Source: an uncultured Pseudomonadota bacterium (GTDB lineage Bacteria > SAR324 > NAC60-12). From it: a DNA stretch of 20,548 nt. Of the stretch, positions 7,749-15,940 are shown piece by piece. How positions within the stretch are numbered: position 1 is the stretch's first letter; each line of letters opens with the position of its first letter. The stretch is taken from NCBI GenBank assembly GCA_913020725.1, contig CAJWCD010000061.1:1-20548 (forward strand), given 5' to 3'. A program made the position numbers and the translations under genes. Under the pieces are notes generated by a model, which saw only the letters and a list, made by a program, of their open reading frames with translations, did no database searches and was not told where the DNA came from.

Positions 7749-9707
7749 TTAGTGAATTTCCCCTAGGGACATTTGAAAGGTCAGCACCACATAGCGCTCT
7801 TTTTCACAATTGTACTCATCTGCGCATTTTGCGAATTTCCCGACGTAGAGCTTGGGAACACCCTTGGCTTTTAAATAGCCGTGGCCGCTGACATCGGTCA
7901 GTTTCTTCATGAATTCTGCTTTGTGTGGAAAAAACATATCAAATTTAATGAACTGAAAGACAGCTTGTGCGCGTTTGAAGCTCAACTCAAGGTTGTAATA
8001 TTGAGCATAACGCGCCAAAGGACTCTCGTCCTCTGGGGACATGTATTTCCCCTTATACACCGGAGAGGCATGGCCGCCGACCTTCACTTCCTTGATTTGT
8101 GCGCAGTATTGGGGTTCTCCACAAAGTAACTTGGCATACCTTGGAACGATTGTCCGGAGGAAATCCTGTAATGGAGCCTGAATGACATGATCATCCCGCC
8201 GGAACGAAGTGGCATTGAGGGGTAAGATCACTTCACCGAATTTTGTCACCATGGCGCCGTATTTCTCCAGCGCTTTCAAACGATCCGTGATTTTCTGTTT
8301 GTCTTGCTTGGCCTGACGTACTCCGGCCAGTTCCTTGTCAATTTTCTTTTGGGCGCCGAGCAGTGCTTTGTGCTTGGAAGCAAGCCTGTTGCCCTGTTGC
8401 TTGAGGCTCTCAAGTTGCGCTTCCTTACCTTGGAGTTGTTTTTTCAAGCCGGCCAAGGCGCGGGCATACTCCGCTTGCTCTCTCGCAAGCTTGCTGCTTC
8501 GTTGTGCCTCTTTGGCGGCCAATGCTTCTTGGAGTTGAGTTTCTTTAGCGACAAGTGCTTGACGGGTTTTTGCCTCACTGTCCACTAAGGCTTGCTGGAG
8601 CTGCATTTCTTTTGCCACGAGGGCTTTCTGAAGTTGTACCTCTTTTGCCGCAAGTTTTTTGAGAAGTTCAGTCTCTTTGTCTGTCAAGGCTTTGCGGGCG
8701 TTCACTTTTTGCTCAACAAGGATTTTTTGAAGTTCGGCTTCTTTGTCAGCTAGAGCAAGCTGTATCGCGTCCTGTATTTCCTGATCCTTGGTCGCCAGCG
8801 CTGCTTTCAGAGTCTGCTCTTGCTGGACAAGCATTTGTTGAGCGCGTTGTTCCTTATGAACCAGAGCCTGAGCGTGGGACTCTTGCACTTCCGTTAGATT
8901 TAGTTGATACGATTGTTCCAAACGCTGCACCGTGTCTTGGTACGACTCTGCCTTGTCTGCAAGGGTTTGCTGATGCTGGACATTGACTTGGCTAATCTGA
9001 AGTTTGAGGTCACTTTCCTTTTGTGTCAGTTCTTCCTGTAATGCTTTGTTTTGATTGGAGTAATTTTTAATGGTTTTGATGCGATTCTTTAACTGATCAT
9101 CCAACTGTTCCAGATTGGCAGCCAATGTCTGACGATTTTGCTCCAGTTGGCGCTTTTCCTGTAGGGTATTCTCAAGGTTTTGTTTTTGTGCAGTGATGGT
9201 ATTCTCAAGATTTTGTTTTTGTGTAATGATGGTATTCTCAAGATTTTGTTTTTGTGCAATATTTTTATCTTCTAAATCCTGAACTTGGTTGTTGAACTTG
9301 GCCTCCATGTCCGTAAGCACACTCTGGTAACGCTGGAGGGACGTGTCCTTGTGTTGGATGGCTTCGTCGAGTTGGGCGTACAGGTTCTGAATTTTTTTGG
9401 TCGTCTGCTTGACATCCTCTTCATTGCTCGATAATTCATTCTGGAGATTGACGGATTTGAGCCGTTTCTCCATTTCCTCAAGTTCCCGAAGCCGCTCTTC
9501 GTACTCCTTGATCTGCTTTTCTAACTCGGAGATTTGGGAAACCTGCTGCTCGTTCACCTGCTTGTGAACCTCTTCCTGCTGCTTCGATAGGGTTTCCGAT
9601 TGGATCAGGAAGATGATCGCCAACATCGCCAGCACATCGACGAAATACGAGAGGGCTTTCAGTGAAGCGGCAGGTTTTGGCCCGCGTCTGGGATTGCTGC
9701 TACTCAT
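7749..9707 (-). CDS. MotB/ZorB-like protein: Asp-containing N-terminal TM, very long coiled coil, C-terminal OmpA-like domain
   Basis: TM 'SYFVDVLAMLAIIFLI' with an intramembrane Asp. Q/E/K/L/A-rich helix over aa ~40-480. C-terminus 'VKVGGHAS...YNLELSFKRAQAVFQFI...ERYVVLTF' resembles the OmpA_C GHTD...NxxLSxxRAxxV motif. Confidence 0.75.
   Translation of the reverse strand: MSSSNPRRGPKPAASLKALSYFVDVLAMLAIIFLIQSETLSKQQEEVHKQVNEQQVSQISELEKQIKEYEERLRELEEMEKRLKSVNLQNELSSNEEDVKQTTKKIQNLYAQLDEAIQHKDTSLQRYQSVLTDMEAKFNNQVQDLEDKNIAQKQNLENTIITQKQNLENTITAQKQNLENTLQEKRQLEQNRQTLAANLEQLDDQLKNRIKTIKNYSNQNKALQEELTQKESDLKLQISQVNVQHQQTLADKAESYQDTVQRLEQSYQLNLTEVQESHAQALVHKEQRAQQMLVQQEQTLKAALATKDQEIQDAIQLALADKEAELQKILVEQKVNARKALTDKETELLKKLAAKEVQLQKALVAKEMQLQQALVDSEAKTRQALVAKETQLQEALAAKEAQRSSKLAREQAEYARALAGLKKQLQGKEAQLESLKQQGNRLASKHKALLGAQKKIDKELAGVRQAKQDKQKITDRLKALEKYGAMVTKFGEVILPLNATSFRRDDHVIQAPLQDFLRTIVPRYAKLLCGEPQYCAQIKEVKVGGHASPVYKGKYMSPEDESPLARYAQYYNLELSFKRAQAVFQFIKFDMFFPHKAEFMKKLTDVSGHGYLKAKGVPKLYVGKFAKCADEYNCEKERYVVLTFQMSLGEIH
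8502..8806 (-). repeat. Degenerate 11-residue (33-bp) repeats ALxxKExQLQx inside the MotB-like CDS
   Basis: ALADKEAELQK, ALTDKETELLK, KLAAKEVQLQK, ALVAKEMQLQQ, ALVDSEAKTRQ, ALVAKETQLQE, ALAAKEAQ. Confidence 0.8.
9165..9260. repeat. Near-perfect 33-bp tandem repeat x3 (KQNLENTIxxQ) inside the MotB-like CDS
   Basis: GGTATTCTCAAG(G/A)TTTTGTTTTTGTG starts at 9165, 9198 and 9231. Confidence 0.92.
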
Positions 9708-9990
9708 TCCGAATTATCCATGCTAGAGAACCACCGTGCTGTGATTGGAACGAACAATCTCTTTCAAATTCAGACCAACCATGATCTACTGGCACTGTTG
9801 GCTTCCCAGCCTGTGGAGGGAGGGTTTTTATGCAACCATTTTTGAGTGACATGAGGGCGCGTTGAGAACAATCCATCTCTGCGAGGACGCGCCCCTCTGC
9901 TTGAGCTTTCTGGTAGAAGCTCAAAAATCATGCCACATTGAGCCAACTGTTGGTTTTGATCCACTTGCCTCCCATTGAGAGGTCTCAGGT

Positions 9991-10680
9991 ATGAGTTATC
10001 GCACCGCTGTTCTTGTCTTTCCCGGATCGAACTGCGATTCCGACCTCTTCAAAGCGGTTGAGCAGACTCCGGAGTTGGTGCCTGAGTACGTTTGGCACAC
10101 CACGGACTCGCTTGCGGGCTTTGACCTGATTTTGGTTCCGGGGGGGTTCAGCCACGGAGATTATTTGCGGGCTGGCGCCCTTGCTGCTCGCAGCCCGGTG
10201 GTGAATGCTTTGTGTGAAGTCGCTGGACGAGGGGTTCTCGTTTTGGGAATTTGCAATGGTTTTCAGGTGCTGACCGAATCCGGACTCCTCCCCGGAGCGT
10301 TGCAGCGCAATGCGAGCTTGCAGTTTGTTTGCGAACTTCCGGAGGTCGAGGTTGCCGCCACAGACACCCCGTTTACAAATTCATGCACACGGGGTGAACG
10401 CTTGCGATTGCCGATTGCACACGGGGAGGGGAATTACTTTTGCGACAAAGCAACGCTGGCGGAGTTGGAGCGCAACGGCCAAATTGTCTTTCGCTATGCG
10501 GAGGGGCAAAACCCCAATGGCTCGCTGGCCAACATCGCTGGAATCACGAATGCGGAACGGAACGTGCTTGGCCTGATGCCGCACCCGGAACGCGCCATCG
10601 CCGAGTGGATGGGGTCGGCAGACGGACAACAACTCTTCACTTCAGCAGTGTCTTTTCTTCAGAATCGAGCGCATGCTTAA
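9991..10680 (+). CDS. purQ: FGAM synthase glutaminase subunit PurQ
   Basis: VFPGSNCD, PGGFSHGDYLRAG, LGICNGFQ (catalytic Cys), IAHGEGNY, GLMPHPER. Confidence 0.98.
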   Translation: MSYRTAVLVFPGSNCDSDLFKAVEQTPELVPEYVWHTTDSLAGFDLILVPGGFSHGDYLRAGALAARSPVVNALCEVAGRGVLVLGICNGFQVLTESGLLPGALQRNASLQFVCELPEVEVAATDTPFTNSCTRGERLRLPIAHGEGNYFCDKATLAELERNGQIVFRYAEGQNPNGSLANIAGITNAERNVLGLMPHPERAIAEWMGSADGQQLFTSAVSFLQNRAHA

Positions 10681-11200
10681 TCACGCTCTCGCAAAGGTTG
10701 TGCGAAATTTTCCTGCTTCTGCAAGGCGGGATGGCCTGCTGTCTGCGCTGCTTGGCAGTTTGCTGTGGATGGCTGTTTTTCCGGTGGTTTTGCAGGCACA
10801 GAGTGCTACGGAAAAGTACTGGTCCGCACGGTGGCCGCAGTTACGAAGGACTTTGGAGGCGCGGAATCCCAATTACGAACGCTGGAAGCGGGAACGGGCA
10901 AAACAAATGGCTTCGGGAAAGCCACTGTCCCCATCTACTGGGCGTAAGTCGCTGTTTAAGTACAAGCAACTGCGCGAGGTGGTTGACCGACGCGATTCCT
11001 ACAAACGTTGGCAGGAACGGGAAGCCGAACTGAACGCAGAGACCAAAGTCGGCAGCACTCTCCAGCCTGCGCCCTCTTTTCAGCGGGACGGGCTCAACTA
11101 CAGAGGTCTTCGGCAGGTTGTCCTGCGGTACCAAAAGGCCAAACTGCCGGTCTCACGAACCTCCATGCGGACGGTCTATTCGCAGAAGACCGATCGGTAG
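10673..11200 (+). CDS. Hypothetical basic protein with a signal-peptide-like segment
   Basis: 175-aa ORF overlapping the purQ end. Hydrophobic stretch 'LLSALLGSLLWMAVFPVVLQA' then an R/K-rich helical region. Start uncertain. Confidence 0.5.
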   Translation: MLNHALAKVVRNFPASARRDGLLSALLGSLLWMAVFPVVLQAQSATEKYWSARWPQLRRTLEARNPNYERWKRERAKQMASGKPLSPSTGRKSLFKYKQLREVVDRRDSYKRWQEREAELNAETKVGSTLQPAPSFQRDGLNYRGLRQVVLRYQKAKLPVSRTSMRTVYSQKTDR

Positions 11201-11295
11201 CCATCAATCTGCTTGCCACCTGACCTCCTGCCCGACGCAGTTCCCGGGTTTCAGCGACTTCCATACCCTCGTTGAGTGGAACCGTCTTGTTCGCG

Positions 11296-12168
11296 TCAGC
11301 CAACATAGCGTCGGATCACCGCCAGCACTTGCCCAAGGTAGCCACTGCCGAAAAGGTTGAGGTGGTTGAGGAGGTGGTAGAGGTGATAGAGCGGTTCGCG
11401 CTCGCGCCATCCGGAAGGGAGCGGATGGGCTTCCTGATACGCAGCATAGAACTCAGAGGGATAGCCTCCGAACAGCGTGGTCATCGCGAGATCGGCTTCA
11501 CGATGCCCGTAGGAAACCGCAGGGTCAATCAGCCAGCCTCGACCTTGCGTGTCGATGAGGTGATTTCCAGACCACAAGTCTCCATGCAACAGCGTCGGGG
11601 GTTCTTCCGTCCCTGAAAGCAAATCAGGTAGCTTGTCGAGTAGCCGACCCAATCCTCGGCGCAATTCCGGGGTCGCGGCACCCGTGCGTTCGGCCAGCCG
11701 CAGTTGAAAGCCCAAGCGTTGCTCAGCGTAAAACGTGACCCAGTTTGAGACCGCCGTTCCGGAGGCTCGATTGGATTGGAGGGACGTGCCAAGAAAATTG
11801 TCTTCGTGGAATCCAAACACCTTGCCCCGCAAGCGGTGGAGTTGGGCGAAGTTGCGGCCGAGTTCAGCATAGCTTCCGGAATGCGCCCGTCCTGCTGGGA
11901 TGAACTCCAGCAGCAGAAAATCAAACTCAACCGCCAGCACTTCCGGAACCCGTACCGCCTTCGCCTTGCGGAGTTCGTGCAGTCCACTCGCCTCGGCCCG
12001 CAGCATGTTTGGGTTCTGGCCGGGACGTGCTTGTTTGAGAAAAAACAATTTTCCGGTGTGCGTCGTCAACTGTCGAGAATCCGCAATGCAGCCCCCGCTG
12101 ATGGTCTGCAGATCAGCGATGGACTCGCCTAGCGCAGCCTCAATTCTGCTTTGGCGATCCGGGGTCAT
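11296..12168 (-). CDS. Fructosamine/ketosamine-3-kinase family protein
   Basis: ISGGCIADS, FFLK, LAQLH-like 'FAQLH', FGFHEDNFLG, LLHGDLWSGN, LIDPAVSYGHREADLAMTTLFGG, LYHLLNHLNLFG. ATG at 12168 is preceded by GGAGG. Confidence 0.93.
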   Translation of the reverse strand: MTPDRQSRIEAALGESIADLQTISGGCIADSRQLTTHTGKLFFLKQARPGQNPNMLRAEASGLHELRKAKAVRVPEVLAVEFDFLLLEFIPAGRAHSGSYAELGRNFAQLHRLRGKVFGFHEDNFLGTSLQSNRASGTAVSNWVTFYAEQRLGFQLRLAERTGAATPELRRGLGRLLDKLPDLLSGTEEPPTLLHGDLWSGNHLIDTQGRGWLIDPAVSYGHREADLAMTTLFGGYPSEFYAAYQEAHPLPSGWREREPLYHLYHLLNHLNLFGSGYLGQVLAVIRRYVG

Positions 12169-12634
12169 AGCGTCCCTCCAAATGATCGAGCAATCCGGAG
12201 CAGGCGTCTTCAAGCAGGTCCAGCACCTGCTCAAAGCCTTGGTCCCCACCGTAGTAAGGATCGGACACCTCCTGCTCGAAATGCTCTCGGCAGAAATCTG
12301 TCATGCGCCGGACTTGGGCGTGGTGTGGTGTTTGTGGGATGCGACTCTTCACATCTCGAAAATTGCGCTCGTCCATGGTCAGGATGAGATCAAACTCGGC
12401 AAAGTCGGAAGCTCGCAAGGGCCGCGAACGACTGGTCAATTCGTAACCCCGGCGGTGGGCGTGGTTGTGCATCCGGGCATCAGCGTGTTCGCCCTCATGC
12501 CACCCTCCGGTGCCTGCGGAGTCGCAATGGATTTCCTTGGATTTTCCGGCACGCTTCACCAGTGCGGCCATCACGCCTTCGGCGGTGGGAGAGCGACAGA
12601 TGTTGCCCAGGCAGACGAAGAGGAGTTTGGTCAT
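12140..12634 (-). CDS. Low-molecular-weight protein-tyrosine phosphatase
   Basis: P-loop VCLGNICRSPTAE, DSAGT, DLILTMD, DPYYGG. Confidence 0.95.
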   Translation of the reverse strand: MTKLLFVCLGNICRSPTAEGVMAALVKRAGKSKEIHCDSAGTGGWHEGEHADARMHNHAHRRGYELTSRSRPLRASDFAEFDLILTMDERNFRDVKSRIPQTPHHAQVRRMTDFCREHFEQEVSDPYYGGDQGFEQVLDLLEDACSGLLDHLEGRYDPGSPKQN

Positions 12635-12641
12635 CGCTGTT

Positions 12642-13475
12642 TCAAAAGGTGATGGGTTCCACAGCAAGCACCTCACCGTCCAGCACGATGCAGTGGAACG
12701 ATGAGGTTTTCCCGGAATGCAGCACCTCTGTGGAGGACGCTGAATTCACGGCTTCCAGCGCAGGCATGCCCTTCCGTGGAATCGTCAGGTGCCAGTTGCG
12801 ATGAACATGTCCATGCAAGTAGGCCCGTAGCTGAGGTTGCCGCAGTATCCATGTTCGCACGGTCAGTAGATTGTGTAACTCGTGCCGAGGCTTGACCCGC
12901 CAGCCCTCCGGAAACCAGAGTGGGTAGTGGTTCGCAAGCAGCACCTTCGCGTTGTCCGGAAGCGTCGAAAGGTGCCGTTCTGTTGCTGCGATGGTTGCTT
13001 GTGGAACCGTGCCACAGGCACTCCACCAGTCGTTCGGATGGGTGCTGTCCCAGCCCAGCAGGTGCCAGCCCTCGCCCAAGGCTTTGGCCCATAACGGGCC
13101 TTCCGTCCAAAACTCCCCGAAGTGCTTTTGAAAACGATCCTCCGGAAACTGCGCAGCGGCGACATAGCGGTCGTGGTTTCCCGGCAACACGGTCACGCAC
13201 TCCGGGTTTTCCAGCAAGGGCGACAGCACTTCGCGGGCCTGCTCGAATTCCTGCTCCAGTGCGAGTTGCGTGAGGTCGCCACTGATCACCAGATGATCCC
13301 ACGACAACGCCCGGACTTGCTCGACCAACGCCTTGGCACGAGCAAGCGGGTAATGCTGCGCACGTCGCAGCACGAGGTTCGCCGCGCCCAGCACCCGTTT
13401 CGAGGCCCACTCCGGAAAAGTCCGGGGCAGAGCGTGGAAATGCAGGTCAGATAGGTGAAGGATCGTTAGGGACAC
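12642..13475 (-). CDS. Calcineurin-like metallophosphoesterase (CpdA/Icc-like)
   Basis: HLSDLH, ISGDLT, PGNHD, NHYP, HGHVH. Start uncertain (GTG 13475 or ATG 13523). Confidence 0.9.
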   Translation of the reverse strand: MSLTILHLSDLHFHALPRTFPEWASKRVLGAANLVLRRAQHYPLARAKALVEQVRALSWDHLVISGDLTQLALEQEFEQAREVLSPLLENPECVTVLPGNHDRYVAAAQFPEDRFQKHFGEFWTEGPLWAKALGEGWHLLGWDSTHPNDWWSACGTVPQATIAATERHLSTLPDNAKVLLANHYPLWFPEGWRVKPRHELHNLLTVRTWILRQPQLRAYLHGHVHRNWHLTIPRKGMPALEAVNSASSTEVLHSGKTSSFHCIVLDGEVLAVEPITF

Positions 13476-13644
13476 GCCGGGTTGATCGTCAGGATTGCCA
13501 AATGCACAAGAAACCGCTATCATGTCAAGTTTTGCAGGACTCAGCAAGGGTTGAGGATTCCTGCATTCCTGATCCGGAAGGGTTGCCCAGTCCGGTGTTG
13601 CGCGTAAGCGTGCTCTCCAACCTGTCACATCAAGGACATTCCCA

Positions 13645-15771
13645 ATGGTGATGATGATCCTAGCCCTCTCCCTGTTGGGACTGGGGGCTGCACTGTTCTA
13701 CACCTTCCGTGTCTCGAGCATCCCGCTCACGCAGGGCATTGATAGCTCCGAGGAAGCCGATAAGCTCATCCGCATTCACGGCGCCATTTCTAAGGGCGCA
13801 ATGGCCTTCCTCAAGGAGGAGTACCGCTACATGCTGTACTTCATGGTCGCCTTCGCCGTGATCATCGGCGTTTTGATTGACGACAAGCACACTCCGGACA
13901 CCTACGAGGGCTGGTACACCGCAATCTCCTTCCTGCTGGGCTGCATCTTCTCCATCGTCTCCGGTTACATTGGCATGAAGATCGCCACCACCGGAAACGT
14001 CCGCACCACGGTTGCGGCGCGCAATTCAATCAGCGACGCTTTCAAGGTTGCGCTCAACTCTGGAGCGGTGATGGGTTTCGGACTGGTCGGACTGGCCGTG
14101 TTGGGACTGATCCTCGTTTATCTGATGCTCGTTGTGATGCTGCCCTCCGAGATTGACAAGCACATCCTCATGGAGGTGATGGCCGGGTTCGGACTCGGCG
14201 GTTCCTCAATCGCGCTCTTTGCCCGTGTGGGCGGTGGTATTTTCACCAAGGCTGCTGACGTGGGGGCCGACCTTGTGGGCAAGGTCGAACAGGGCATTCC
14301 AGAAGATGATCCTCGCAACCCCGCCGTGATTGCGGATAATGTGGGGGACAATGTGGGGGATGTCGCAGGCATGGGCGCAGACCTTTTTGGTTCGTGTGCA
14401 GAAAGCACCTGTGCGGCACTTGTGATTGGTGCGGTGGCCTTTGCAACCGATCTGAACGCGCTGCTCTATCCGATCCTGATCACGGCGGTGGGCATTCCGA
14501 TCAGCCTGTTCACGCTCATTCTCTTCGGACGTGCCAACAGCGATCAGGAAGTGGCCCCGACCCTCAAGCGGTTGTTGATCGTCGCCACCGTTCTCAGCGG
14601 AGCCGTGATGCTCGTCGTGACTTGGTGGGCGTTGCCCGCAAGTTTCGAGATTTCTGGAGCATCGTATTCTTGGCTTGGGGTCTATCTCTGCTACCTCACC
14701 GGAGCGGTTGTCGGACTGGTCGTGGGTTTGATCACCGAATACTACACTTCGCATGACTTCAAGCCCGTCCGGGAGGTCGCACAAGCCTCGGAAACGGGTG
14801 CGGCGACGAACATCATCTTCGGCCTCGCGCTCGGCTACCAGAGTTCCGCATGGTCAATCCTTGCGATTGCGGTGAGCATCTATGTGCCCTTCACCCTTGC
14901 AGGCATGTACGGGGTTGCGATCGCAGCCATTGGGATGCTGAGTACACTGGTCATCGGCCTTGCGATTGATGCGTATGGCCCGGTCGCCGACAATGCAGGC
15001 GGCATCGCCGAGATGGCCGGCATGGGCGAGCATATCCGCAACCGTACTGACGTCCTCGATTCTGCGGGCAACACCACTGCCGCGATTGGCAAGGGCTTCG
15101 CCATCGGTTCCGCGATCCTCACCTCCCTTGCGCTCTTCTCCGCATTCCTCACCCGCGCCGACCTGCTCCAGCCCGATGTGAAAGTGCTGGACTCGATCAA
15201 TCTGCTCGACCCGATGGTCCTCACTGGACTCTTTGTGGGAGCGATGCTGCCCTTTCTCTTCTCGGCGATGACGATGAAATCGGTCGGCAAAGCTGCGTTT
15301 GACATGATTGCGGAAGTGCGACGGCAGTTCCGGGAGATTCCGGGCATCATGGAGGGCACGGCCGAACCAGATTACGAGAAATGCATCTCGATTTCCACCC
15401 AAGCGGCGCTCCGGGAGATGATTCCGCCGGGCATTCTCATCATTGGAACTCCGCTGCTTGTCGGTTTCCTCTTCGGCGTTCCGGCAGTCGCGGGCGTGTT
15501 GGCAGGTTCGCTGGTTTCTGGCGGTGTGCTGGCCATCGCCTCGGCCAACTCCGGGGGCGCGTGGGACAACGCCAAGAAGTACATCGAGAAAGGCAACTTC
15601 GGCGGCAAGGGTACGGACACCCACAAGGCTGCCGTCGTTGGCGACACCGTGGGCGATCCCTTCAAGGACACCTCCGGACCCTCCCTCAACATCCTCATCA
15701 AGCTCTCGGCGATCCTCAGCCTCGTCTTCGTTCCGTTCTTTGTGAACTACGGCGGCTGGCTCGGCGGCTGA
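13645..15771 (+). CDS. hppA: Membrane-bound ion-pumping pyrophosphatase, K+-dependent type
   Basis: [78 protein letters not shown]. Confidence 0.97.
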   Translation: MVMMILALSLLGLGAALFYTFRVSSIPLTQGIDSSEEADKLIRIHGAISKGAMAFLKEEYRYMLYFMVAFAVIIGVLIDDKHTPDTYEGWYTAISFLLGCIFSIVSGYIGMKIATTGNVRTTVAARNSISDAFKVALNSGAVMGFGLVGLAVLGLILVYLMLVVMLPSEIDKHILMEVMAGFGLGGSSIALFARVGGGIFTKAADVGADLVGKVEQGIPEDDPRNPAVIADNVGDNVGDVAGMGADLFGSCAESTCAALVIGAVAFATDLNALLYPILITAVGIPISLFTLILFGRANSDQEVAPTLKRLLIVATVLSGAVMLVVTWWALPASFEISGASYSWLGVYLCYLTGAVVGLVVGLITEYYTSHDFKPVREVAQASETGAATNIIFGLALGYQSSAWSILAIAVSIYVPFTLAGMYGVAIAAIGMLSTLVIGLAIDAYGPVADNAGGIAEMAGMGEHIRNRTDVLDSAGNTTAAIGKGFAIGSAILTSLALFSAFLTRADLLQPDVKVLDSINLLDPMVLTGLFVGAMLPFLFSAMTMKSVGKAAFDMIAEVRRQFREIPGIMEGTAEPDYEKCISISTQAALREMIPPGILIIGTPLLVGFLFGVPAVAGVLAGSLVSGGVLAIASANSGGAWDNAKKYIEKGNFGGKGTDTHKAAVVGDTVGDPFKDTSGPSLNILIKLSAILSLVFVPFFVNYGGWLGG

Positions 15772-15784
15772 ACCGCTGCTTGCT

Positions 15785-15819
15785 CACGGGCCGTGTCCAG
15801 TGCGGCCCGTGGTTTTCTT
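15785..15819 (+). terminator. Probable intrinsic terminator of hppA
   Basis: Stem CACGGGCCG / CGGCCCGTG followed by GTTTTCTT, 14 nt after the stop. Confidence 0.65.
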
Positions 15820-15852
15820 CGCACTTACAAGCATCTGGTCACACATTTCAGA

Positions 15853-15940
15853 GTAGGTTGGGCAAAGGAGCGGCAGCGACATGCCCAACACGGCGTGATG
15901 GCTTGTCTTGGTTGGGCACACTTCGTTTTGCCCAACCTAC
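15853..15940. repeat. Inverted doublet of GTAG-type REP sequences (REPIN-like)
   Basis: Outer arms GTAGGTTGGGCAAA / TTTGCCCAACCTAC form a perfect 14-bp inverted repeat. Each half carries its own GTTGGGC...GCCCAAC hairpin. Confidence 0.8.

Larger units (their letters stand above)
5815..9990. mobile_element. AT-richer three-gene insertion (genomic islet) interrupting purS-purQ; no mobility gene seen
   Basis: It separates genes that are normally adjacent. Composition drops visibly (lines 5881-5940 and 9181-9240 each have 19/60 G+C versus 45/60 in purE line 3361-3420). Two of the three genes oppose the pur operon. Confidence 0.6.

Noticed and set aside
9165..9260. CRISPR array
   Set aside because: Units are contiguous 33-bp in-frame coding repeats with no unique spacers and no cas genes.
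6672..9707. Canonical Zorya type I/II system or flagellar motAB
   Set aside because: No ZorC/ZorD/ZorE or flagellar genes, reversed gene order, and the long helix is on the B-like subunit.
7749..9707. SMC, myosin-like or tape-measure protein
   Set aside because: No Walker motifs or phage context. The TM Asp and OmpA-like end explain the architecture better.
9700..9964. Small ORFs in the gap between the MotB-like gene and purQ
   Set aside because: Short, overlapping and without protein-like features; more likely divergent promoter DNA.
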